A DNA stretch of 64,000 nucleotides, from contig NIVC01000019.1 of assembly GCA_002269645.1 (NCBI GenBank), positions 930,001 to 994,000 of the forward strand, in the 5' to 3' direction. A program made the position numbers and the translations under genes. The DNA comes from Macrostomum lignano. Taxonomy: Eukaryota. Below the pieces are notes generated by a model. The model was given only the letters and a program-made list of their open reading frames with translations, was not told the DNA's origin and made no database searches. Positions 1-11,760 of this stretch are shown here, one piece after another (position 1 is the first letter of the stretch; each line of letters begins with the position of its first letter).

Positions 1-190
1 TAATTTGAGGCTAAATTGGAAGCTCGGCTTGGCTCTGCTCGTACAATTGAAGTGTACATGCCTACCTAACGATAAAATAAAGTCAGGGCCGCTGTGCATT
101 CCTGTGTGAGTGTGTGCCTGTGCGTATGACTGCGTACGTATCCGCGCGCTTGTGTGCCTGCTCAGGGGAGTCGGCGGAATGGGCAGTAAT
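1..190 (+). mobile_element. Repeat family 2 body (head lies outside the window)
   Basis: GCTAAATTGGA..CTCGGCTTGGCTCTGCTCGT..GTGTACATGCCT..CCTGCTCAGG.GAGTCGGCGGAATGGGCAG is shared with the 40140-40360 copy. Confidence 0.7.
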
Positions 191-240
191 GTGACAATGT
201 CGCTTAAATTAATAGAATCATAATAGAATCAGCTGACGTT

Positions 241-1836
241 CTATAGAGCAGGATGCTCAGAGATGAGCCGGTTCTCTAAAATCTCAAGTGCTCCAGAGAG
301 CCTCCCTCCCCTGTACCTGGTGCAGTCCTCCAGGCACTCCAGGCAGCCCGTCGCTCGCTCCCCGCAGGCCAGCAGCTGCTGCAGGTTCAAACGGTCCGCA
401 AGCGCCATCGTCCGCGTCATCGCCTCCACCAGACGACGCGCGGCGAGTCGAACCGCGTCGCCGTCCGTAGCGAACTTGGGCGACAGCACGGTGGTTGTCA
501 TTGTCAGACGGGCCACGGCTCGACCGGCGGCGGCGGCGTCGCTACACGCAGCGTCGATGGCCTCGGCTAGTCGAGGAGGCGACTCGACGGCAACGCGCCG
601 GCCGGCCGTGGCGAACTGGTCAGCGGCGCGGGCCACCCAGGCGCCGGTGTCGGCCAACAGCTGCGCTGTGGATTCGGCTGGCGGCGCCGAGGAAGAGCGC
701 AGGCTGATCTCATCGTCACCGCCTGAGCGGCGCCTCCGGAACTTGAACAGGTTCTGCAGCTGCGGGTAGGTGAGTGTTGCTGTTGGTTGGTGTTGGTATT
801 GGTGCCGAGGTTGCTAGTGCCGCGGGTGTTGGTGCACGGGGTGTTGGTGCATCGGGTGTTGGTGTATGGGGCTTTGTGTATGGGGTGTTGGTGTATGGGG
901 TGTTGGTGTATGGGGTGTTGGTGTATGGGGTGTTGGTGTATGGGGTGTTGGTGTATGGGGTGTTGGTGTATGGGGTGTTGGTGTATGGGGTGTTGTTGCA
1001 TCGGGTGTTGATGTATGGGGTGTTGGTGTATGGGGTGTTGGTGTATGGGGTGTTGGTGTATGGGGCTTTGTGCATGGAGTGTTGGTGCACGGGGTGTTGG
1101 TGTATTGGGTGTTGGTGTATGGGGTGTTGGTGTATGGGGTGTTGTTGCATCGGGTGTTGATGTATGGGGTGTTGGTGTATGGGGTGTTGGTGTATGGGGC
1201 GTTGGTGTATGGGTGTTGGTGCACGGGGTGTTGGTGTATTGGGTGTTGGTGTATGGGTGTTGGTGCACGGGGTGTTGGTGTATTGGGTGTTGGTGTATGG
1301 GGTGTTGGTGTATGGGGTGTTGGTGTATGGGGTGTTGTTGCATCGGGTGTTGATGTATGGGGTGTTGGTGTATGGGGTGTTGGTGTATGGGGCGTTGGTG
1401 TATGGGTGTTGGTGCACGGGGTGTTGGTGTATGGGGTGTTGGTGTATGGGGTGTTGCTGCATCGGGTGTTGATGTATGGGGTGTTGGTGCCGGGGCTGTT
1501 GTTGTATGGGGTGTTGGTGAATGGGTGTTGATTCATGGCGTGTTGGTGCCGGGTGTGCGGGGTGTTGGTGCCCACATTTAATTATATCACAACTATTTTG
1601 TTTCAATAAAACTTAAACTTAAAACTGTTTCAATGAACCGGAATTTCTCTCACATGCTTGACCAAGGGAAGCAACGCATTTTCTACCGATTTAGTCTCTG
1701 TGGTGGCCAGCAGATAAGAGATTTCATCAAGGCTGGCAGTGCTGCCAGTCGAACTTTCGGCCGGAAACTCGGATTGAATTTCTATTTTAGTTTGTATAGA
1801 TCTACTAGGCGCTCTATTTGGAGAGTAATAGCTCAT
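241..1836 (-). CDS. Alpha-catulin / alpha-catenin-like protein, N-terminal region (2 exons seen; probably continues off-window)
   Basis: Exons 1836-1654 (MSYYSP...TETKSVENALLPLVKH, donor GTGAGA) and 759-241 (acceptor CCGCAG, phase 0). Motifs TETKSVENALLPLV, AEAIDAACSDAAAAGRAVARL and AARRLVEAMTRTMALADR align by eye with alpha-catulin KTRSVEQTLLPLV, EEINIACIEAKQAGETIAAL and AARLLLSSVTKVLLLADR. A possible donor (CAG|GTACAG) at 316 would bypass the stop at 241-243. Confidence 0.8.
775..1575. repeat. 15-bp minisatellite (GGGGTGTTGGTGTAT)n in the catulin-like intron
   Basis: Direct reading; source of the ORFs at 567-1606. Confidence 0.95.
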
Positions 1837-2818
1837 TGCGCTTCTCCTAGGCGATTTAAAATGCAGGTTCAAAGCAGAACAGAGACTATATCTTTGCATC
1901 CGATATTTTCCGGATTTCGATTTCACGCTTTTTGACTTTTAAACTAGTGCTAAAAATCGACTAGAAGTAAAACAAAATAAAAAAACGACTGTTTGTATTT
2001 TAAAATAAATACAATAAGTATAATATTTTATTTATCTAATATTATATTTCTCGAGCAGTCGAGGTTAATTACGAGTACCACGAGTATCGGTCATTTTTAC
2101 CGATTCAAGTTTTACGGTTCAAGCGGTCAGAATTTATAAAAAAGTTATATATATTTGGGCTAGTTAAAGTGAGCCATCTTGAGAAAAAAATCAAATTTAT
2201 TTTGAATTGAAAATATAAACTTTATGATTTGAGAAAATGGTGGAATATCAATACACTGATTATACATTTAGCTAAAATGGGTAATTATCTATCGATTGTT
2301 TTGAATTACAGCATTGCTAGTGCATGCAAGTGTATTCCAGTGCATTTCCGATCAGGATAGGGAACTTTATGTGCCATTTTGTCAGTGATTAAGCTTAGTC
2401 TCAAATCACGCCATTTTAAAGTAAAATACTCTTCCCATTTGCACGAGACTTAACAGGAGTCACAGGACGAGTATTTCTTAGCTTTACTGAGTTTTACCAA
2501 AATTTTCATTCACTGAGCAATAACATAAATGTTTTAAAATTCATAAACTTTATTTTACTAACTGTGACGTATAATAACCGTTTTCATTCTACCAAACTAC
2601 GCCACAGAAAACCTTGATACATATTAGAGGCTGAAAAGTGGACCAATATGCATTTACATGCATACAATACAATATCTTAACTAAATCTTAATGTAATAAG
2701 CTACAAAAACATCGTATACATACTTTCACCCAGACACGATAAAAAAGCTCATCTATTTTGTTTAACTTAACACGTTTCAAATGAAGTTTCTTCGAAACCA
2801 AAATTACGAGCCCTCCGT

Positions 2819-5800
2819 TCAGCAGGAATCATCGGCGATTCTCTGCGGCTGCCTGGCCGAGAAAATGATCCGATGCGCGCCAGGCGCGTGCACGATGCCG
2901 TCACTTCCAATTTTGATGTCCTCCAGATTCTTCACGCTGTCCGGGTGCAGCCGGGCGCTGTGCTGCTGGAGGATCCCGGCGATAAAGAGGAACAGCTCCT
3001 GGCGGGCCAGACTCTCGCCAAGGCAGGCTCGCTTACCGACGCCGAATGGTACGAGGTGCTCGTTCGGTTGGTACTCGCCCGTGTCGACTGCCAGGAATCG
3101 TTCGGGCTGGAATGCTTCCGGACTGGACCAGAGCTCCGGGTCATGGTGGATGCCGTACAGGTTGGTCATGATCAGATCGTCCGAAGAGATGTCGTAGCCC
3201 TGGAGTCAAAGCGAATTAACGGCTTTTGGCTTTTTGAGGATGCTTCGGCAAGTGGTGTTGGCACTGGGTTATCTGGTCTTTGTGTTGGATTTCATGTTGA
3301 GGCTTGGATGTTTGGGCTGGGGTGTTGAGGCTGGGGTGTTGGGGCCTGTGGTTTAGAGGCTGGGGTGTTGGGGCTAGGGTGTTGAGGCTGGGGTGTTGAG
3401 GCTGGGGTGTTGGGGCTGGGGTGTTGGGGCTAGGGTGTTGAGGCTGGGGTGTTGAGGCTGGGGTGTTGGGGCTGGGGTGTTGAGGCTGGGGTGTTGAGGC
3501 TGGGGTGTTGAGGCTGGGGTGTTGGGGCTGGGGTGTTGAGGCTGGGGTGTTGAGGCTGGGGTGTTGGGGCTGGGGTGTTGGGGCTGGGGTGTTGAGGCTG
3601 GGGTGTTGAGGCTGGGGTGTTGGGGCTGGGGTGTTGGGGCTGGGGTGTTGAGGCTGGGGTGTTGAGGCTGGGGTGTTGGGGCTGGGGTGTTGAGGCTGGG
3701 GTGTTGAGGCTGGGGTGTTGAGGCTGGGGTGTTGGGGCTGGGGTGTTGAGGCTGGGGTGTTGGGGCTGGAGAATGGGTTGTGGTGTTTTGAGACTGGGTA
3801 GTTATTGCTTTGGGTGTTGGGGCTGGGTAATTAGTGACTAGGCTGTTGATGTTGAGGTTTCAGCGTTTTGCGGTGTAGGTACGTGGGTTGCTAGAGCCTG
3901 ACTATTTCGGCGGTACCATTCAGCCATCGATTCACCATCGTGCAAAAGCTCACCATAAACTCAACATCGCGGGGGCACCTGTGTAAAACAGCAAACGGCG
4001 CCAGAGTGGCAAATCGTTGAACCTCGTCAATAAACGCCAGCGTGTAGGGCATCCGTTTGCGGTCCCGGTGCTCCGGCAGGCGATCGCGGCCGATCTGCGC
4101 GTCAATCTCGGCCTGGACTCGAGCCTGGCACTCCGGGTAGAGACAGGCGTACAGCAGCGCCCAGCGGATGGTGTTGGAGGTGGTGTCAGTGCCGGCCACG
4201 AACAGCTCAGTCAATGTACGCTTCAGTTGGAAGTCGTCAAATGTGTGGTCCTAAGGGTGGAGAACATCATATCGTTGCGTCATTGTCCATAGGCGTAGGA
4301 ACGTTTCAAAAAGTGGGGGGCAGGTTCAGTGGCGGATTTAGGGGGAGGGGGCGCACAGGGTGCACGAACCCTGTCGAGTTAGATTTTTCTATTCCTTTAT
4401 ATGGAAAATGCACAATATCATGTACCAATTACTTTTAGAATTGGTGTTGTCACCACTCATTTTAGCGCCGCAGGCACTCATTTTAGCGCCGCGGGCACTC
4501 ATTTTAGCGCCGCAGGCACTCATTTTAGCGCCACAGGCCCCATTTTAGCGCCGCAGGCACTCATTTTAGCGCCGCAGGCACTCATTTTAGCGCCGCAGGC
4601 ACTCATTTTAGCGCCGCAGGCACTCATTTTAGCGCCGCAGGCACTCATTTTTGCGCTGCAGACACTCATTTTAGCGCCGCAGGCCCCATTTTAGCGCCGC
4701 AGGCACTCATTTTAGCGCCGCAGGCCCCATTTTAGCGCCGCAGGCCCCATTTTAGCGCCGCAGGCCCCATTTTAGCGCCGCAGGCCCCATTTTACCGCCT
4801 CAGGCCCCATTTTAGCGCCTCAGGCCCCATTTTAGCGCCGCAGGCCCCATTTTAGCGCCGCAGGCCCTATTTTAGCGCCTCAGGCCCCATTTTAGCGCCG
4901 CAGGCCCCATTTTAGCGCCGCAGGCCCCATTTTAGCGCCTCAGGCCCCATTTTAGCGCCTTAGGCCCCATTTTAGCGCCTTAGGCCCCATTTTAGCGACG
5001 CAGGCGCTATGTTTTATCGCCCTGCAGCAAAATGCATTTATGCAAAGCAGCAAAAAAAAATAAGAGCAAAAAATGAGCAAAAAGTCTACATTTTGCATTT
5101 AAAATGTGAAGGGGCCAGATACCATCACTTTAAAAAGTGGGGGGGGGGCCATGGCCCCACTGCCCCCCCCGTTCCTACGCCTATGTTATTGTCATCCGTC
5201 AACCGCGCCATTCACAACTGGCTGAGCTACAAACACGCACTGGAAAAGCTGCTCCGAATATCGGCAAACGCAAGCTGCGACGCCTGCTATGAACCGGAAA
5301 TTTCATATACTCGTAATACCTGATTTCTTTAAACAAAACTGACCCTAGAGAGATGTGTATTGGTCATATTTTGGTCAAAACATCACCTTCAACACTACAA
5401 CAAAGCGCAAAGACGTCACCAGGCTGCTCGCTAAGGTTGGACGAGCTCTGACTACCCCCGGACCGGATCCGTGACCTTGCGCGCATTCGTCCGAATCGTC
5501 CGATTCGTTGGGCGATGAGTTGTGAAAGAAGCTGCTCTTCTGAGAAATGAAACCCCTTTAATTCAATGCTCATTTCTGTTCCCCATTTAGTCGATTGTGA
5601 GCACCCACTGAAGAGGATACAGTCGGTCTGATGCCCTCCCTGTGTGACAGCACTTCTGTAGCTTTAATTAAGGGCTTGGATACCCTCTCCAACGAGGAAC
5701 GTTTAAACCTGCATGGTGATTTCTTAATTTTCATTCAGCTACCAATAGTTCGCTACAATACCTTCTTCCTTCCATTCAGCTTCTCCTGCTCCATCAGAAA

Positions 5801-7231
5801 AGCGTCCAGGAAGTCGTTTGGCGAGCTGACTCCGGCCAGCTGGGCCCGGTGGGCGTCGATTTGCATCTGGCAGAAGCCGTGCGTCACCTTCAGATTCCGC
5901 TGCACAACGTACACGTCAACGCCGAGCAGCTCTAGCAGGCGCATCACTCCCGGGATCTGGTACAGCAACGGAAATCCCACCGGGATGAATCTGGCCAAGT
6001 CGCCGCCCTGCAGATTCTCCTGGGTGGCCGCGAGGAAGGCCTCGAACCGGTCGTCCTGGGAGCCAGCCCGATAGCCGAACAGCATCATGCTGATGACGTT
6101 GGCGATGGCCCGGCAGAGCACTTCAGTGGTGTCCACGCCAGCTTCGCCAGCCGTGTTGAACTGATCGCGCAGGTCCTGCAGCTCCTGATGGATTGAGTCC
6201 TCGGTGCCGGCTCGCGCAAATCCGAAATCGCGAAGAACCTGACGATGTGTGGCGTTGCATGGTACTTACGGTGGTGCAACTTACTCACTGGGTTGATAAT
6301 TCATTACTTAAACTCTACTGTGAGGTGTTCCTAATAAAGAGCGGAATTTTTAAGCTTATAAAATCTGGAAAGGTTTATATTTGTGCCTTGGGCATCTTAA
6401 ATGTCCACGTCCGACCAACGAAAGGCTCACCTTAAGCGCGAACCGCCTGTGCTCGCGCCACAGCTCGCCTTCTGAGGACACGATGCCCTTTCCGTGCGTA
6501 AGGCTGTTTATATAATTGGAATTCATCCGACCGCTGAACACGTCGCCGAATTCCTGCGAGACCAGAGCCTCCTTGACTGCCGCATAGCTGTTCAACACGA
6601 CGAACCGACGTGCGCCGAGTCTGTAGCTGACCAGGTCGCCGTAGCGTTTGCGCCAATCCGCGTGAGCAGCCAGGAATGTCGGCCGAGGCAGGTTCGGCAG
6701 GTTGCCTAGCAGAGGCCATCCTAAAATGAGGATTTATTTGGGATTTCGCTTTGATACGAGCTGCATCTCAAAATCTGTTTTGGAAATGGGATCCTTTTGA
6801 AACCGGGAAAAATTTAACGACGCCTAATGGCACCTCAACCACGGATGGATCTCAAATTGGAGATTAGTACCTAGATGGTATGATTTCTAATTGGAGATTA
6901 ATACCTGGATGATGTAATTTCTAATTGAGATTAACACCTGGATGATGTGATTTCTAATTGGAGATTAGTACCTGGATCCTATAACCTCTAATTGGAGATT
7001 AATACCTGGATGATATGCTCTCTAATTGAAGATTAATACCTGGATCAGGGTGGTCAGTGGGTTATTAACTGCGAACACCAGCATACCTGGCGGACCAGGG
7101 GGCGAACGGCGGCGGCGGCGCCTGGCGCCTCTGTAGAACAGCCAAACTGCGGCTACAGTCGCCACCGAAACCGCGGCAATGGTGGTCACGGATGACGAAG
7201 GAAGAGACCGGTTTAGCTGAGACAGCAACAT
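2819..7231 (-). CDS. Cytochrome P450, clan 2 (CYP2-like), about 529 aa, 5 exons
   Basis: Exons 7231-7087, 6720-6431, 6238-5762, 4250-3954, 3199-2819; all GT-AG with consistent phases, 1590 nt. TM anchor plus PPGPPGWPLLGNL, WREHRRF, I-helix AGTDTT, EVQR (ExxR), PERF and heme motif PFGVGKRACLG. Confidence 0.95.
3315..3770. repeat. 14-bp minisatellite (GGGGTGTTG[A/G]GGCT)n in CYP intron 4
   Basis: Direct reading. Confidence 0.95.
4288..5185. mobile_element. hAT-like MITE carrying an internal minisatellite (in CYP intron 3)
   Basis: 16-bp TIRs CATAGGCGTAGGAACG / CGTTCCTACGCCTATG; 8-bp near-perfect TSD TCATTGTC / TTATTGTC. Confidence 0.85.
4455..5005. repeat. 20-22-bp minisatellite (CATTTTAGCGCCGCAGGC[ACT/CC])n inside a MITE
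   Basis: Direct reading. Confidence 0.95.
6860..7050. repeat. About 34-bp degenerate tandem repeat in CYP intron 1
   Basis: CTAATTGGAGATTA(A/G)TACCTGGAT recurs about 5 times. Confidence 0.85.
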
Positions 7232-7459
7232 GACAAAGTCTGCTGCGATTGCCTACTTGTTGGCTCAGGTAGTGCACTGGATTCTGCTGTGCCCAAACTA
7301 TAACTGCAGCAAGCTTATTGCTTTTTCGACAGTGACTGCCTCTACTCTTCTTATCTTTTATATTCTATCAGGTTGAGCTTTATTGAGCTGCGGGGACGTA
7401 GAGACTTGAGCTTGAGTTTGAGCTGTCTCCAACACTATATAGCCTATTTGTGTTAAATA

Positions 7460-8067
7460 CACTCAGCAACAGTCAAAACCGCCACCCTACCGAGAGAGAC
7501 GACTTCTCTCTCACCTCAACTGCAAGTGACGTAACTTGCGCCACGGCGTGGCTAAAGCTGGGTGAGAGGGACTGGGGTTGGGGTTGGGGGTGCAACATTC
7601 AATTCACTGTACACGTGACAATGGTCAGGCATATGACAGACGCTGAACGATGGCGCGCTGTTGGCATGCTAGAAGCTGGTGCATCCATCAGCGCAGTTGC
7701 TCGCCAATTTGGCCGATCATGTTCAACAATTCGAGCGCTGTTAACGAAGTCCCAAGAGACTGGTAGTGTTCAGCACGCAGCCACAGGCAGCCAGCGCCAT
7801 GATCTCCGCGGCTCAACAGCCAGGGCAAATCGACGTCTGCTGCGGATTGTCAGGCGAACTCCGACCGCGCCAGCCACCCTGCTCCGTCTAATGTGGGGTG
7901 AGCTGACTGCTAATCTGCTAAGTAAAGTGCATCCCCTGATTGCCCTCTCCTGCATTCACTCTCACCCAGCTTTAGCCACGCCGTGGCGCAAGTTACGTCA
8001 CTTGCAGTTGAGGTGAGAGAGAAGTCGCCTCTCTCGGTAGGGTGGCGGTTTTGACTGTTGCTGAGTG
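7460..8067 (+). mobile_element. Internally deleted Tc1/mariner DNA transposon
   Basis: 109-bp TIRs (7460-7568 and 7959-8067, one mismatch seen) beginning CACTCAGCAACAG, flanked by TA on both sides. Internal ORF from ATG 7621 (MVRHMTDAERWRAVGMLEAGASISAVARQFGRSCSTI...) is a Tc1-type HTH; no DDE domain. Confidence 0.92.
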
Positions 8068-9147
8068 TAGATCGGTTTACTTCGTCTGTCATGCCGACAT
8101 AAATCAGATAGCCGCTCGTACGAGCTATCGCAGGTAAATGTACAAGGGGCCCTTGCTATGAAATTAGGATTAGGTGTCAAGAATCGAGAGTCTCCTCGCT
8201 TGTAACAATTATTAACTCTTAACCCCATCTTATAAAGTTGCACAAAACCCCGCCTCCTAGCTGCACTCTGTCGTTCTTAGGACAGACCACAGATACTATA
8301 ATGACTAGATGGGCCACTCAGCACATTTGCGTGTAAGCTACTTTCAGTTCAGTAGTAAGGTAAACTGAAGCATTTTTTAAGACAAGCTCCTTTTTTGGCT
8401 CGTACCCCCAAGCTTAAACCCTCAAACTCGTCCCAGAACCTCTACCCCTGCCCCGCGACCCGATTTTTATTACCTTCTTCGGTTGTTGCAACCTAAATCT
8501 GCCATGTACATTTCAGTGGCTAATGTACATTATGGCTGAACCAATTAGCAAGCTGTTTACGCTGCAGGCGTAACTTGGCTTCTAAAACTTATCAAAGTCA
8601 TCTCGGCTGCCTTTATTTTTATAAAATAGCTTATGTATTCTTCATTGCTACTGAACTGAAAGTAGAAAGCTGTTTTACTAAGTATATATGCCTGCGCCAA
8701 GGAATATTGATTCTTTCATCTGACAAATTTGCTGTTGCTAGCCATGATTTATGCAAAAATTCGTATTGTTGATAGAAGAAAATATTGTTTGTAGTCCTGC
8801 ATGCGCAGTGAACAGACAAGGGTCAAGTACTTGCGTACCTGGCTGCAAAATTTATTCAGCCAACATAGCCAACAAATACTGAACTGACAAGTCCCATTAC
8901 ACGTACAATAGGCAGAATTTATAACGACAAAGGATTCAGACAAGCATGGGAATAATCAGAACGAGAAATATGGCTAAAATTAGGCACCCGTCAGAGTAAA
9001 TTATTGTAAAGTCTGTTCTACGAGTATTTAATTTTAGAAGCTCCATATTCTAGATTATAAATGTCGATAGATGTCTTATTTTTACTATATTCGCTTTTGC
9101 AATTTCAATTCGTCAAACTGGAGAGCCGTCTCAAGGGCAAGGCTAGT

Positions 9148-9455
9148 TTATAATAATAAAAATATTAATAATAATAATAATATTAATAAATAATAATAAT
9201 AGACTACACCTGTCCTAATAGGCAGATGTGCAACCGACAGCTCAGCCGCAGCTATTGCGCGGCGCATCTGAAGGCTGCGTACGGCTGTTCAGTCCAAGGA
9301 CTGGGTGGTCGCCACACACCCTCAATTACCCCAGCTAATGCTGGCACCCATTTTACAGCTGGGTGAACTGAAGCAGTGCAGAGTTAAGCGTCTTGCTCAA
9401 GGACGCAAATTGTTCCCGACCCCCCGACGACGAGAATCGAACCCCCGACCTTTCG
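9148..9455 (-). mobile_element. SINE family 1, 5'-truncated copy with (TTA)n tail
   Basis: Reverse complement is near-identical to about 15085-15311. The tail reads as (TAA)n on the + strand at about 9148-9200. Confidence 0.85.
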
Positions 9456-9669
9456 TTGTGCTTGAACGCGGCTGTCTATGGCATGATATAATTTCAGCTT
9501 CCATTAAGAAAGCATTTAATGGACGAGAGGTTTTGCGGTTTGGACGAATTCAATTGCGAAAATGAGTATTTTTGCAACCTCGGATGCCTGACACTGATGG
9601 ATGAGTGGTGCGCTAATCTAGAGTCACAGTCACAATCTGTGTTGGGCGAGTATTGTTTGTCACTTCTGC

Positions 9670-9955
9670 GTACCAAGTACCAAGTACCGAGTACCAAGTA
9701 CCAAGTACCAAGTACCAAGTACCGAGTACCAAGTACCGAGTACCGAGTACCAAGTACCGAGTACCAAGTACCAAGTACCGAGTACCGAGTACCAAGTACA
9801 GAGTACCATACCGAGTACCAAGTACCGAGTACCGAGTACCAAGTACCGAGTACCGAGTACCAAGTACCGAGTACCGAGTACCAAGTACCGAGTACCCCAA
9901 GTACCGAGTACCAAGTACCGAGTACCAAGTACCAAGTACCGAGTACCGAGTACTC
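9670..9955. repeat. 7-bp repeat (AGTACC[A/G])n
   Basis: Direct reading. Confidence 0.95.
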
Positions 9956-10289
9956 GTCCAGCCCTGGCAGGAAAAAAACTAAAAAAACTGACTTTTTTGG
10001 GTGAAGTTGATGGATTGTAACTCACAATGCAACGCAATGGCTGCTGAATTAGAAGTTTTCAGGCCATGAATTCAGTAAATAATAGTTTTGTCAATATATG
10101 CTCGTACGAGCGTATATACGAGTTGTTGTATTTTACATGAAGTAGGCGCACAAACATTTGTACGAGAAAATACAGATAGTACTACTGCTTTGTCAGCTAA
10201 GTTGAGCGAGAGAGACGAGTCTATGGGAGAGATTGCTGCTGGCATTCTTCTTTGTGCTGATGTCTACGACCGAATTGTCTATGGACAAA

Positions 10290-10473
10290 TAGTAAGCGCA
10301 ACCAGAAATTTTTTGAGGGGGGGCGGATTCTGGAGGGTAAAGTCCCGGGAGTGGGGGGGGGCGGAGGGGTGGCTCTATTTTTGGCGAAAATTCGCTTGGT
10401 CCCCCCTTTGATTTTTTTGGGTCTCCGCCTATGGGGGGGGGCGACCGCCCCCCCCCCGCTGGTTGCGCCACTG
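10290..10473. mobile_element. hAT-like MITE, 184 bp
   Basis: Ends TAGTAAGCGCAACCAG / CTGGTTGCGCCACTG; perfect 8-bp TSD TGGACAAA (10282-10289 and 10474-10481). Confidence 0.85.
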
Positions 10474-10871
10474 TGGACAAATGAAGACCAGGCCAAGGCA
10501 TATCGGCGAGTCGGCCCCGTTTTGTAAAGACCCAAAAAGCTTTCACTTCCAGAAGATCTACTGGCTAGATTTCTATGGGTTGGCTTAACTATCGATTTGG
10601 CTGACAAAAGCATCTCTTAACCAAACATTGCTGATAGCAGCAGGTTTTCAAAAATAATTTCTTGTTCTTCGAATAGAAGCCTACTTAGTCGGTCAGTACG
10701 TTTAGTTGGTAACATGGTAGCAAGGTAACACATAACAAGACACAGCGATACATTATAGTACACTTATACTTGTGCACATAATACAATAAGCTGCAGTAAA
10801 TTTTTGTACTAAAACAACGTCAAGAGTACGCCATTAGTCTATCTGCATTTTTGCCGCCTGATCGCGGCTGT

Positions 10872-11760
10872 CTATTCGGGCAGCTCGCTGAATCCAAACG
10901 AGACGCCGCCCTCGCAGGAGGCCGACAGCTGCTGCTCCTCTGGCAGCGGCAGCTGACGCGGCGGCTTGGCGGCGGCCACCGTGGCACCGTCGAGGGTGAA
11001 CTTGTATTTGGTTCCCCGTGGTCCCGGCAGGATCCAGATGCGGGCCTTCTTTGAGCCCAAGTCGAAGTCCACGGTGGAGCCCATGTCGCTGAAGTCGTCC
11101 TTGGAATTCAATTGATGTCGTGAGTTTAAAAGGAACAGAGAGATCAAAACTAAAGCAGCTTACCGTCGTTTCCATAAGCTGATCGTTGCACCAGACCTCC
11201 AGTGTGTCCTTGCCTGCAAAAGTCAACGGTGATCAATCAATTACAGCTGTTGCAAGTGCATTAAAAAGTTATAAATTATTTAGTGGATGAAAGTTGGACG
11301 GTAAACCAGGTAGAGACCACCAGAAAATTGATAACCTACACACTCGCAAGTTCCCAGGGGTAATTCGTAGACTAACAACGTTACAGTTGGGCTTGAAAAG
11401 CGACGATGAAAGAAAAAATTTGCCCCACAGGCAGATAGATGGTTTTATTATCAACGATAAAGAAGTTTATAAGGGAGGCACAGTAAAAAGGGGGGTCAAT
11501 CACCAGAAAATCGATAAATTAACCCAGATCTCACGGGTAGAGGGTTTTATTGTCAACGATAATAGAAGCCGATTCAACTCACTGAGAGCGACGCTAAAGT
11601 GCACCCCATCGACGCGCACATTCCACACAGCGGTCTCCTCCGTGGGCAGGTAGGAATCAACAGGCATGGCGGTTCGTGGCCGGGCAACCTTTTTCGGCTT
11701 CTGCTTTGGTTGGCGCAGCTTAGAAGCGGCCGACTTGCCCGAGGTCAGAATGATCGACAT
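10872..11760 (-). CDS. FAIM (Fas apoptotic inhibitory molecule)-like protein; 5' end unresolved
   Basis: Exons ?-11583 (..EETAVWNVRVDGVHFSVAL, donor GTGAGT), 11213-11164 (SKDTLEVWCNDQLMETT) and 11099-10872 (DDFSDMGSTVDFDLGSKKARIW...YKFTLDG) join in frame. They match the FAIM C-terminal domain pattern TWVLHMDGENFRIVLEKDTLDVWCNG.KLETAGEFVDDGTETHF. The start is assumed at MSIILT. Confidence 0.75.

Noticed and set aside
567-1606. Multiple long His/Pro/Thr-rich or Gly/Val-rich ORFs
   Set aside because: 15-bp array inside the catulin-like intron.
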